DNA of 64,000 nt from an uncultured Acidobacteriota bacterium. Its GTDB lineage: Bacteria; Acidobacteriota; Thermoanaerobaculia; Multivoradales; UBA5704. The notes beneath the pieces were generated by a model, which was given only the letters and a program-made list of their open reading frames with translations, ran no database searches and had not been told where the DNA came from. This document shows positions 1 to 10,018 of this stretch, in pieces; position 1 is the stretch's first letter, and every line of letters starts with the position of its first letter. The DNA is taken from contig OY969474.1 of the NCBI GenBank assembly GCA_963700145.1, forward strand, positions 2,976,001-3,040,000, in the 5' to 3' direction. A program made the position numbers and the translations under genes.

Positions 1-688
1 TGGCGCTGGCGAAGCCGGGCCCGCGGAAGCCGAACGGACCGAGCGCCTGGGCGAGCGCAGGACCGGGCGAGAGCCCGCCGCTCCAGCCGGCGCCGGTCAG
101 CACCACGGCGTCGGCGCGGGCCGACGACGCCAGCGGCTCGCGCAGCCGGCCGCCGGGGAGCAGCCGCCCGCCGGCGAAGGGGTCGGCGGCCGGGAAGGCC
201 AGGAGGTCGAGGTCGCGGGCGAGCGCCAGGTGGGAGAAGCCGTCGTCGAGGAGGAAGAGGTCGGGGACCGGGTCCAGCCGCTCGAGGGCGTGGCGGCCGC
301 CGAGCCAGCGGTCGGCCGCGGCCACCACCGCCACTCCCGGCAGCTCGCCGGCGAGGAGCACCGGCTCGTCCCCGGCCAGGCCGGGCCCCAGGAGCGGTCC
401 GGCGCCGGCGCTCACCAGCCGCACGCCGCGCCCGCGCCCGCCGTAGCCGCGGGTGAGGATGCAGACTGCGAGGCCGCGGTCGCGCAGGTGCGCGGCGAGC
501 GCGGCGACGAGGGGCGTCTTGCCGGCGCCCCCCCAGTGGAGGTTGCCGACCGACACCACCGGCCGCGGCAGCCGGCGCGCCCGCCGGCGGTACCAGCGCC
601 GCCGCAGGCGGTGCGCGGCGCCGTAGAGCCGCTGCCAGGGGGAGACGGCGGCGCGCGGCGGCTCGAGGAGGAGAGGGGAATGGGTCAT
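1..688 (-). CDS. lpxK: tetraacyldisaccharide 4'-kinase (3' end outside window)
   Basis: Manual translation MTHSPLLL...PVVSVGNLHWGGAGKTP...ILTRGYG...FLLDDGFSH; ATGA overlap with the kdtA stop; absent from the ORF track because it runs off the edge. Confidence 0.92.
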   Translation of the reverse strand, partial: MTHSPLLLEPPRAAVSPWQRLYGAAHRLRRRWYRRRARRLPRPVVSVGNLHWGGAGKTPLVAALAAHLRDRGLAVCILTRGYGGRGRGVRLVSAGAGPLLGPGLAGDEPVLLAGELPGVAVVAAADRWLGGRHALERLDPVPDLFLLDDGFSHLALARDLDLLAFPAADPFAGGRLLPGGRLREPLASSARADAVVLTGAGWSGGLSPGPALAQALGPFGFRGPGFASA

Positions 689-2007
689 GCGCTCGCGGGG
701 CCGGGGGGCAGGGCGGCGAGGACCGGCGCCAGGAGCTCCAGCGTGCGCGCCAGGGCGCCGCGGTTGGCCTCGACCAGGGCGCGCCCGCGGCGCCCCTGCC
801 GCTCGGCCTCCGCCGGGTCGTCCAGCCAGCCGCGCCAGGCGTCTCCCAGCTCGGCGGCGTCCGCCACTCGCCGCCAGGCGCCCGCCCGGTCGAAGCGCTC
901 GGCCACGTCGCGGAAGTTGTGGAGCGAGGGGCCGACCGCCAGCGGCACGCCGAAGCGCGCCGGCTCGAGCGGGTTGTGGCCGCCCGTCGCCACCAGGGTG
1001 CCGCCGATGAAGGCCGCGGCCGCCAGCCGATAGAGGCCGGCGAGCTCGCCGAGGCTGTCGAGGAGGAGGACGGAAACGAGCTGGGTAGGAGGGTCTGTGG
1101 GGAGCCGGCTGCGCCGCAGGTGAAGCGCGCTCCGCTTCTGCGCCGAGGCAGCCAGAAGCGCGTCCACCTCGTCCCAGCGCTCCGGATGCCGCGGCGCGAG
1201 GACGAGGAGCGCCCGCGCGCCGCCGCCGGCGCGCTCGAAGGCGGCGAGCACCTTCTCTTCTTCACCCGGCATCGTCGAGCCGGCCAGCAAGACCGCGCGA
1301 TTCGCGGCCAATTGCCGGATCTGCGCGGCCAGCCCGGGGTCGAGGACCGGCTCCGATGCCTCGAACTTGAGGTTCCCGGTCACCCGCACCCGCTCTTTCG
1401 GCACGCCGAGCGCGGCGAGGCGCCGGCGGTCCTCGGCGTCCTGCACGCCGTAGAGGGCGACGCCGGCGAGGAGCCGCCGCGCCAGCGGCGCGAGCCGGCG
1501 CATGCGGCCGAAGCTGCGGTTGCCGACGCGGCCGTTGACGACCGCCACCGGCAGGCCCCGCCGCCGCGCCTCGGCCAGGACCAGCGGCCAGTAGTCCCCC
1601 TCGACCAGCACCAGGGCGCCGGGGCGGAAGCGGTCGAAGAAGCGCTGCACGGCGAAGCCGAGGTCGAAGGGGAGGTAGGCGACCGCGGCGCGGCCGGCGA
1701 AGGCCTGGCGGGCGCGCGCCTGGCCGGTCGGGGTGACGGTGGTGACGACCAGCGGCAGCTCCGGCGGCAGCGCCCGCGCCAGCGTCGCGGCCACCGCCAC
1801 CTCGCCGACCGAGACCGCGTGCAGCCAGAGGCCGCCGGGCGCCGCCGGCCCGCTCGCCGAGTCCCGCCCCAGCCGCCCGGGCAGGGTCTCCAGGTAGTGC
1901 CGCCCGCGCCGCGCCAGCAGCAGCGGCCCCGCCGCCAGCAGCGCCAGCCCCATCGCCGCCTGATAGAGCCCCCGGGCGGGGGCTCGATCGAGCATCGGCG
2001 GCGGCAT
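685..2007 (-). CDS. waaA: 3-deoxy-D-manno-octulosonic acid (Kdo) transferase
   Basis: WLHAVSVGE, YLPFD, TGNLKF, LAPRHPER, GGHNPLEPA motifs; adjacent to lpxK. Confidence 0.95.
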   Translation of the reverse strand: MPPPMLDRAPARGLYQAAMGLALLAAGPLLLARRGRHYLETLPGRLGRDSASGPAAPGGLWLHAVSVGEVAVAATLARALPPELPLVVTTVTPTGQARARQAFAGRAAVAYLPFDLGFAVQRFFDRFRPGALVLVEGDYWPLVLAEARRRGLPVAVVNGRVGNRSFGRMRRLAPLARRLLAGVALYGVQDAEDRRRLAALGVPKERVRVTGNLKFEASEPVLDPGLAAQIRQLAANRAVLLAGSTMPGEEEKVLAAFERAGGGARALLVLAPRHPERWDEVDALLAASAQKRSALHLRRSRLPTDPPTQLVSVLLLDSLGELAGLYRLAAAAFIGGTLVATGGHNPLEPARFGVPLAVGPSLHNFRDVAERFDRAGAWRRVADAAELGDAWRGWLDDPAEAERQGRRGRALVEANRGALARTLELLAPVLAALPPGPASA

Positions 2008-2015
2008 GCGCCGGC

Positions 2016-2023
2016 AGTATAAT
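2016..2023. promoter_or_regulatory. overlapping divergent -10 boxes (TATACT on -, TATAAT on +)
   Basis: AT-rich agtataat between divergent waaA and ECF sigma genes; TATACT lies 8 nt before the waaA ATG. Confidence 0.55.
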
Positions 2024-2092
2024 CAACCGTTCCCGGCGGCCGTCCCCGCACGTTAGACGCTCTAACTCCTGCCGCCGTATACGCCTAAGACC

Positions 2093-2734
2093 ATGCTGAG
2101 GCTCGTTCACTCCACTCCGACGCCCCGCCCCGCCTGGGGGGAGGTGTCCGACCGCGAGCTGCTGCTCGCCGTGCGCGAAGGGGAGGAGGCGGCGCTCGCC
2201 GAGCTGATCGCCCGCAAGACCAAGCCGCTCCTCCAGGCCACCCAGCGCATCCTGGGCGACCTCGAGGAGGCGCGCGACGTCGTGCAGGTCACCTTCTTCA
2301 AGGTCTGGGAGAACCGCCGCAAGTTCGACGAGCGCTGGAGCCCCAACACCTGGATCTACCGCATCGCCAGCAACCTCGCCATCGACCACCTGCGCTCGCG
2401 CAAGAGCCGCGAGCGCAGCCACGAGCCGGTGCGCCAGCACCTGCTCCACGTCGCCGATGGCACCGCCCAGCGCGACCTCGCGCGCCTGCAGGACGGCGAG
2501 GTGGCGGCGATCTTCCGCGAGCTCTCGGCCGGCCTCTCGGAGAAGCAGCGCATGGTCTTCCTGCTGCGCGAGATCGAGGGCCTCTCCTCGCCCGAGGTGT
2601 CGCAGATCGTCGGCTGCCGCGAATCGACCGTGCGCAACCACCTGTTCAACGCCCGCAAGTACCTGCGCCGCGAGCTGCGCCGCCGCTACCCCGAGTACGC
2701 CGGCCCGTTCGCCGCCCAGGAGGTGGAAGCGTGA
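2093..2734 (+). CDS. ECF RNA polymerase sigma factor
   Basis: Region 2 (EARDVVQVTFFKVW...TWIYRIASNLAIDHLR) and region 4 (LSEKQRMVFLLREIEGLS...STVRNHLFNAR). Confidence 0.93.
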   Translation: MLRLVHSTPTPRPAWGEVSDRELLLAVREGEEAALAELIARKTKPLLQATQRILGDLEEARDVVQVTFFKVWENRRKFDERWSPNTWIYRIASNLAIDHLRSRKSRERSHEPVRQHLLHVADGTAQRDLARLQDGEVAAIFRELSAGLSEKQRMVFLLREIEGLSSPEVSQIVGCRESTVRNHLFNARKYLRRELRRRYPEYAGPFAAQEVEA

Positions 2735-3258
2735 GCGCCGCCTGCCCCGACTGGACGGCGCTCGCCGCCCACCGCCGCGACCGCGACGGCGCGGAGCCCG
2801 CGGCGTGGGGCGAGGCCCTGGCGCACCTCGACGGCTGCCCGGCCTGCCGCCGCGCCGCCCCCGCGGCCGACCCGACGCTCCTCTTCCGCCGCCTCGCCCG
2901 CGTCGAGGCCCCGCTCGACGAGCGCGCCGAGGTCGAGGCCGTGCTCCAGGGCGTAACCGCGCTGCGCGCCGCCCGCCGGGTGGCGCAGCGGAGCGGCCGC
3001 GGGCGGAGCTGGGCGCGCTGGGCGGCGGCGGCGGTGCTCGCCTTCCTCGCGCTCTCCATGGACAACGAGGGCCTGCCGCGCGCCCTGCACACGGCCGGCA
3101 GCCGCTCTCTCGCCGCCGCCGCGGTGCCCGCCGCGATGGGCCGGCTGCCGCTGCTCGACGGCATCGAAGGGCCGGCCCGCGCCGGCGCGCGCATCTACCA
3201 GCTCGAAGGCGAAGACCTCTCGGTGGTCATGATCGTCGACGAGAGCCTGGATGTCTGA
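2731..3258 (+). CDS. putative zinc-binding anti-sigma factor
   Basis: HxxxCxxC (HLDGCPAC), one hydrophobic segment, GTGA overlap with the sigma gene. Confidence 0.75.
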   Translation: MSAACPDWTALAAHRRDRDGAEPAAWGEALAHLDGCPACRRAAPAADPTLLFRRLARVEAPLDERAEVEAVLQGVTALRAARRVAQRSGRGRSWARWAAAAVLAFLALSMDNEGLPRALHTAGSRSLAAAAVPAAMGRLPLLDGIEGPARAGARIYQLEGEDLSVVMIVDESLDV

Positions 3259-3332
3259 GTCGCGTGCCCGCCGCTCCGCTCTCCCTTCGCGCCGCGCGGT
3301 CCGTTGACCCGCGCTCTCTCCCGAGCCTCACC

Positions 3333-4064
3333 ATGTCGCGCCTGGTCTCGCCGCTGCTCGTGCTGCTCGTGGTCTGGACGTCGGTTGCGGCCGCCCCGCT
3401 GGCGGCGCAGAACGCCCAGCCCGGGGCGCGCGCCGACACGCTCTACGTCCACGCCTACACCCTCAAGCACCAGAAGGCGGCCGAAGCCCTGATGCTGATC
3501 CACCCGCTGCTCTCGCCACGCGGCACGGTCGAGCTGCAGCCGGTGGGCAACACCCTGGTCGTGCGCGACACCCTGGCGGGGCTGTCGCGGGTCGTGCCGG
3601 TGCTGCGCAACTTCGACCGGCCGGCGCGGCTGCTGCGCATGGACGTCTACCTCGTCCACGCCAGCCGCCAGCGCGAGGCCCAGGCGGTCTCGCCGGTCAT
3701 GCCGGAGCCGCCGGCCGACCTGGTCCGGCGCCTCAAGGCCATCCTTCCTTACGAGTACTTCACCCTGGTGGCGCAGGCGCAGGTGAGCGGCCTCGAGGGG
3801 CAGCCGGTGACCTACGAGATGGGCGGCGGCTTCGAGGTGAGCTTCCGGCCGGGGACGGTGATGCCCAACCGCCGCATCCGGCTCAACGACTTCCGCGTCC
3901 TGCGCCGCAGGCGGCAGAACGAGGCCCAGCCGCTGCTCCACACCCATCTCAACCTCATGCTCGACCAGACCGTCAGCGTGGCGCTGGCGAAGAGCGAGGC
4001 GAGCCCGGACGCGCTGATGGTGGTGCTGACGCCGCATCAGGACAACGCGCCGCGGCTGCCTTAG
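3333..4064 (+). CDS. exported protein with a secretin N-domain (NolW-like) repeat
   Basis: Signal peptide, then YTLKHQKAAEALMLIHPLLSPRGTV...NTLVVRD...LRNFDRPAR resembling a secretin N-domain; no barrel domain. Confidence 0.65.
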   Translation: MSRLVSPLLVLLVVWTSVAAAPLAAQNAQPGARADTLYVHAYTLKHQKAAEALMLIHPLLSPRGTVELQPVGNTLVVRDTLAGLSRVVPVLRNFDRPARLLRMDVYLVHASRQREAQAVSPVMPEPPADLVRRLKAILPYEYFTLVAQAQVSGLEGQPVTYEMGGGFEVSFRPGTVMPNRRIRLNDFRVLRRRRQNEAQPLLHTHLNLMLDQTVSVALAKSEASPDALMVVLTPHQDNAPRLP

Positions 4065-4082
4065 GGAGCGCACGGAGAGAGG

Positions 4083-5300
4083 ATGCAGTTCGTTTGCCGC
4101 ATCGGCACACCCGAAGGGCACGTCGTCGAGCAGGTCTTCGAGGCGAGCGACGAGCTCGCCCTGCAGAGCATCCTCGACAAGCGCGGCTATCACCTCTTCG
4201 AGGTGCGGCGGCGCGGCCTGCCGCGGGTGAGCGGCGTCGGCGGCCTGCGCCGGCGGCGGCGGAAGATCAAGGACCAGGCCTTCCTGATCTTCAACCAGGA
4301 GCTCGCGGCGCTGCTCAAGGCGGGCCTGCCGCTGCTCCAGGCGATCGAGCTGATGCTCGAGCGGCTGCGCGACCAGCACTTCAAGGCGGTGCTCACCGAC
4401 ATCCGCGACCGGGTCAAGAGCGGCGAGGACCTCTCCGAGGCCTTCGCCGCGCACGGCGAGCTCTTCCCCCGCCTCTACCCCTCGACGCTCAAGGCCGGCG
4501 AGCGGAGCGGCGAGCTGGAGAGCGTGATCCGCCGCTTCATCCGCTACATGCGGCTGGTGCTGGGCGCGCGCAAGCGGGTGGTCTCGGCGCTCGTCTACCC
4601 GGCGGTGCTGGTGGGGCTCTCGGTCACCATGATCGTCATCATGATGATCTACGTCGTGCCGCGGTTCATGGGCTTCTTCGCCGAGATGGAGACCGAGCTG
4701 CCGCTGATCACCCGCATCACGCTCGGGGTCTCGGGCTTCACCAGCCGCAACTGGCCGCTCCTCCTCGTGCTCGTGGTGGGCGCCGTCGTCTTCGTGCGCT
4801 GGTGGGGGCGGACCGCCGCCGGGCGGGTGGCGCTCGACCGCTGGAAGCTCTCGGTCCCCCTGCTCGGCGGGGTGCTCCACCGCTTCGCGCTGTCCGAGTT
4901 CTGCCGCTCGCTCGGCACGCTGCTCGCCGGCGGCATCCCGCTGGTGCCGGCCTTCGAGATCGCGGTCGGCGGCGTCGGCAACGCCGCGATCCGGCAGCGC
5001 ATCGAGCCCCGGATCCAGATGGTGCGCGAGGGCAAGCCCTTCCACGCCGCCCTCGAGGACAGCGAAGTCTTCACCGACATGGCGATCGACATGGTCAAGG
5101 TGGGCGAGGCGACCGGCTCGCTCGACGACATGCTGAGCAGCGTCTCGGAGTTCCTCGACGAGGAGGTCGAGACCCGCATGCAGCGCATCCTGGCGCTCGT
5201 CGAGCCGTTGATGCTGGTGATGATGGGGATCATCATCTCGATCCTGTTGGTGTCGATCTACCTGCCGCTCTTCGGCCTTCTCGGCCAGGCCAACCAGTAG
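4083..5300 (+). CDS. type II secretion / type IV pilus platform protein (GspF/PilC)
   Basis: FNQELAALLKAGLPL, GERSGEL, ALVYP, MVKVGEATGSLDDML, LVEPLM. Confidence 0.95.
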   Translation: MQFVCRIGTPEGHVVEQVFEASDELALQSILDKRGYHLFEVRRRGLPRVSGVGGLRRRRRKIKDQAFLIFNQELAALLKAGLPLLQAIELMLERLRDQHFKAVLTDIRDRVKSGEDLSEAFAAHGELFPRLYPSTLKAGERSGELESVIRRFIRYMRLVLGARKRVVSALVYPAVLVGLSVTMIVIMMIYVVPRFMGFFAEMETELPLITRITLGVSGFTSRNWPLLLVLVVGAVVFVRWWGRTAAGRVALDRWKLSVPLLGGVLHRFALSEFCRSLGTLLAGGIPLVPAFEIAVGGVGNAAIRQRIEPRIQMVREGKPFHAALEDSEVFTDMAIDMVKVGEATGSLDDMLSSVSEFLDEEVETRMQRILALVEPLMLVMMGIIISILLVSIYLPLFGLLGQANQ

Positions 5301-5318
5301 GGACCGGGAGACGACCGT

Positions 5319-6977
<1,659 letters not shown>

Positions 6978-7988
6978 CGCCGGAAGCGGCGCCGGCGCGG
7001 CGGCCCGCGGCCTGGCCGGGCGGCTGCTCGGCCTGACGCCGCTGCCGGTGCCGCCGCACGTCTTCGCGCTCGACGCCGGCGCGCTGCGCTACGGCCTGCT
7101 CGCCCCCCAGGGGCGCGGCTTCCGGCTGCGCGCCTGGCGCGAGCTGCCGCTGCCGCCCGACGCCTTCCACTCCGGCCTCCTCGGCGGCACGCTGCGCGAT
7201 CCCGCGCTCTTCGCCGAGCGGCTGGGAGGGTTCGTGCGCGCCCTGCCGGTGCCGCTCAAGGCCGCCTCGCTCGTCCTGCCCGACGCCTGGCTGCGCGTCG
7301 CCTTCGCCGAGAGCGGCGAGCTGCCGCGCGGCGGCGAGGCGCGCGCCGAGGTGCTGCGCTGGAAGCTGCGGCGGCTGGTGCCCTACCGCGTCGACGAGCT
7401 GCGGGTCGCCGGCGAGGAGGTGGCGCCGCTCCCCGCCCAGGCCGGCACCGCCGAGCCGCGGCGCGTCCTGCTCGGCTTCGCCCTCGAGCAGCTCCTGACG
7501 CAGCTCGAGGACGCCTTCGAGCGCGCCGGCGTGCGCATCGGCCAGGTCACCAACTCGAGCCTCGCCCTCCTCGCCGCGCTCGAGCCCGAGGCCGGCGGCG
7601 ACGTGGACGCCCTGGCCGTCGTCGAAGGCGAGGGCTACAGCATGGTCTTCGCCCGGCGGACGGCGCGGGGCGCCGAGCCGCTCGTCCACCGCTACAAGGG
7701 GCTCGGGGGCGGCGTCCCCGAGGGGACGCGCACCGGTCTCGTGGCGCGCGACCTGAAGCTCACCGCCAACTTCCTCGCCGAGCACCTGGGCGGCGCCCGC
7801 CTGGGGCGGGTGGTGCTGGCGGCGCCGCCCGAGGCCGAGCCGCTCTGGCTCGACCGCCTGCGCGAGGGGCTCGGCGTGCCGGCGCAGCCGCTCGACGGCC
7901 GCCACCTGCCGCCGGTCGTGGCGGAGGGCGAGAGCGCTCCCTGGCGGACGATGGCGCCGCTCCTGGGCGCGGCGCGGCGGGAGGTCGT

Positions 7989-8705
7989 GTGATCCCGCCC
8001 GCCCCCAACCTCGCCCGGCATCCTTTCGCCAACACCCGGCCGGTGAATCGGCTGGGGATCGCCCTCTGGGTGGTGGGGGCGCTGCTCCTGGCCGGCAACG
8101 TCGCCGTCTACTACAGCTACTTCGCGGGCTCCGGGGACCGCCGCGCCGAGCTCGCCCGCCTCGAGGAGCAGGTGACGCTGCAGCAGCGGCGGGCCGGTCA
8201 GGCGGAGACCGACCTCGCCGGCATCGACCTGGAGCAGCAGAACGAGCAGGTGGAGTTCCTCAACCGCAAGATCGCCGAGCGCGCCTTCTCCTGGAGCCTG
8301 CTCTTCGACCGCCTCGCCGAAGTGCTCCCCTCCCAGGTGCGGCTGACCTCGCTGCGCCCGCACGGCGTCGTCTCCGGAGACGAGGGGCGCCGGCGGGTCG
8401 CCGGCCGCGTCGTCGTCGAGGAGGGGCGCGTGGCGCTCGAGCTCGCCGGCGAGGCGCAGAGCGGCGAGGCGCTGCTGCGCTTCGTCGACAACCTCTTCGC
8501 CCACCCCGCCTTCGAGGACCCGGACCTGGCGCAGGAGGCGGTCGACGACGGCGAGCGCATCGAGTTCACGCTGCGGGCGCAGTACCTGCCGGAGGTGGCC
8601 GAGTCGGCCGCGACGCTCGCGGAAGACTCCCCGGCGTCCCCCGCCGCCGCGGTGGACGAGGAGCCGGTGCCGCGCTACCCGAGAGACGAAGAGGAGGAGA
8701 ATTGA
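7989..8705 (+). CDS. PilN-like protein
   Basis: NLARHPF N-terminus, TM, coiled coil, FSWSLLFDRLAEVLPSQVRLTSL. Confidence 0.8.
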   Translation: MIPPAPNLARHPFANTRPVNRLGIALWVVGALLLAGNVAVYYSYFAGSGDRRAELARLEEQVTLQQRRAGQAETDLAGIDLEQQNEQVEFLNRKIAERAFSWSLLFDRLAEVLPSQVRLTSLRPHGVVSGDEGRRRVAGRVVVEEGRVALELAGEAQSGEALLRFVDNLFAHPAFEDPDLAQEAVDDGERIEFTLRAQYLPEVAESAATLAEDSPASPAAAVDEEPVPRYPRDEEEEN

Positions 8706-9328
8706 GCGCCGAGTCGATCTGGCGCCAGCGCCTCTGGGTGTGGCTGCCGGCCCTCCTCTTCTTCCTCCTCAACGCCGGCGCTTGCTCGGTCTACCAGCTC
8801 GGCTACGCCGGCAGGGTGGAGTCGCTGGAGCGGGCGATCGAGGAGCAGGAGAAGGCCCTCGAGCAGGCGAGCGCCGAGCGCGCCGCCCGCCAGGCCCTGG
8901 TCGACCGCGCCCGCCTCGCCCGGCAGCGCCTGACGGCGCTCTACGACCAGCGTTTCTCGACTCGCGCCCGGCGCCTCACCGAGATCACCGCCGAGGTCAA
9001 GGACCTGGCGCGCCGGGCGGGGATGGTGCCGCGCTCGCTCAGCTACCCCGAGCAGGCGATCGAGGACTTCGGGCTGATCAAGCGCTCCTTCATCTTCTCC
9101 GTCGAGGGGGGGTACGGCGAGCTGCGGCAGTTCATCAACCTGCTCGAGCTCTCCCCCTCCTTCCTGACCCTCGAGGAGGTGACCCTCGCCGAGAGCCAGG
9201 GGGAGCGGCTCAACATCCAGCTCCGCCTTTCGACGCTCTTCGCCAAGGAGCCGGTGGAGGGGGCGCTGCCGGTCGCGGCGCCGCGCGCAGCGCCCGCCCG
9301 TGCGCGTCCCGTTGGAGGCCGCTCGTGA
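8702..9328 (+). CDS. PilO/GspM-like protein
   Basis: TM plus coiled coil, VEGGYGELRQFINLLE; TTGA overlap. Confidence 0.75.
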   Translation: MSAESIWRQRLWVWLPALLFFLLNAGACSVYQLGYAGRVESLERAIEEQEKALEQASAERAARQALVDRARLARQRLTALYDQRFSTRARRLTEITAEVKDLARRAGMVPRSLSYPEQAIEDFGLIKRSFIFSVEGGYGELRQFINLLELSPSFLTLEEVTLAESQGERLNIQLRLSTLFAKEPVEGALPVAAPRAAPARARPVGGRS

Positions 9329-9993
9329 CGGAGCCGAAGCGCCTCCGCTTGCTGCTCGGCCTCCTCGGCGTGCTGCTCGTCTTCCTCGCCTTGCGCGTGG
9401 CCGGGCTGGGCGGCGGCGAGGACGACCCGGCGCCGGCCGCGGCGGCCGCGCGCCCGGCGATCGACGACCCCGACGCCTTCCCCGCCCCGCGCCCCGGCAC
9501 CGTCCGCCGCGCCCGGCCGGCGGGGGGCGAGGAGGACGACGCGCCGCCCGACGAGGTCGTGGACCTGCGGCTCGACCTCCTCGAGCGCGAGCCGCGCACC
9601 TACCGGCCGGGGCGCAACCCCTGGACCTTCCCGCCGCCGCCCCCGCCGCCGGAGCCGCCGCCCCCGCCCCCGCCGTCCCCGGCCGAGCTGGCGCGCCAGC
9701 AGGAGGAAGCGGAGCGGATCGCGCAGGCGCAGGCGGCCGCCGCCGAAGCGGCGCGGCTCGAGGCGCTCAAGCCGAAGCCGCCGCCCTTCACCATGAAGTA
9801 CGTCGGCAGCTTCGGCCCGGCGAACCGGCGCCTGGCCGTCTTCTCCGACGGCAAGGAGATCGTCAACGCCCGCCAGGGCGAGGTCCTGCAGGGGAAGTTC
9901 GTCGTCGCCCGCATCGGCTACGAATCGGTCGACATCCAGTTCGTCGGCTTCCCCGCCGAGCCGCCCCTGCGGCTGGCGGTCGGCCGTCAATGA
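9325..9993 (+). CDS. PilP/GspC-like proline-rich membrane-anchored protein
   Basis: GTGA overlap, N-terminal TM, RNPWTF, poly-Pro linker, small beta domain (ARQGEVLQGKFVVARIG). Confidence 0.65.
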   Translation: MTEPKRLRLLLGLLGVLLVFLALRVAGLGGGEDDPAPAAAAARPAIDDPDAFPAPRPGTVRRARPAGGEEDDAPPDEVVDLRLDLLEREPRTYRPGRNPWTFPPPPPPPEPPPPPPPSPAELARQQEEAERIAQAQAAAAEAARLEALKPKPPPFTMKYVGSFGPANRRLAVFSDGKEIVNARQGEVLQGKFVVARIGYESVDIQFVGFPAEPPLRLAVGRQ

Positions 9994-10018
9994 GACAGTG
10001 AGACGAGGAGTCCCACGC

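Noticed and set aside
1075-1165. Atypical codons and an 8-bp hairpin (1133-1160) inside waaA
   Set aside because: Could be a decayed palindromic insertion in a variable loop, but it is too short and matches no other repeat in the window.
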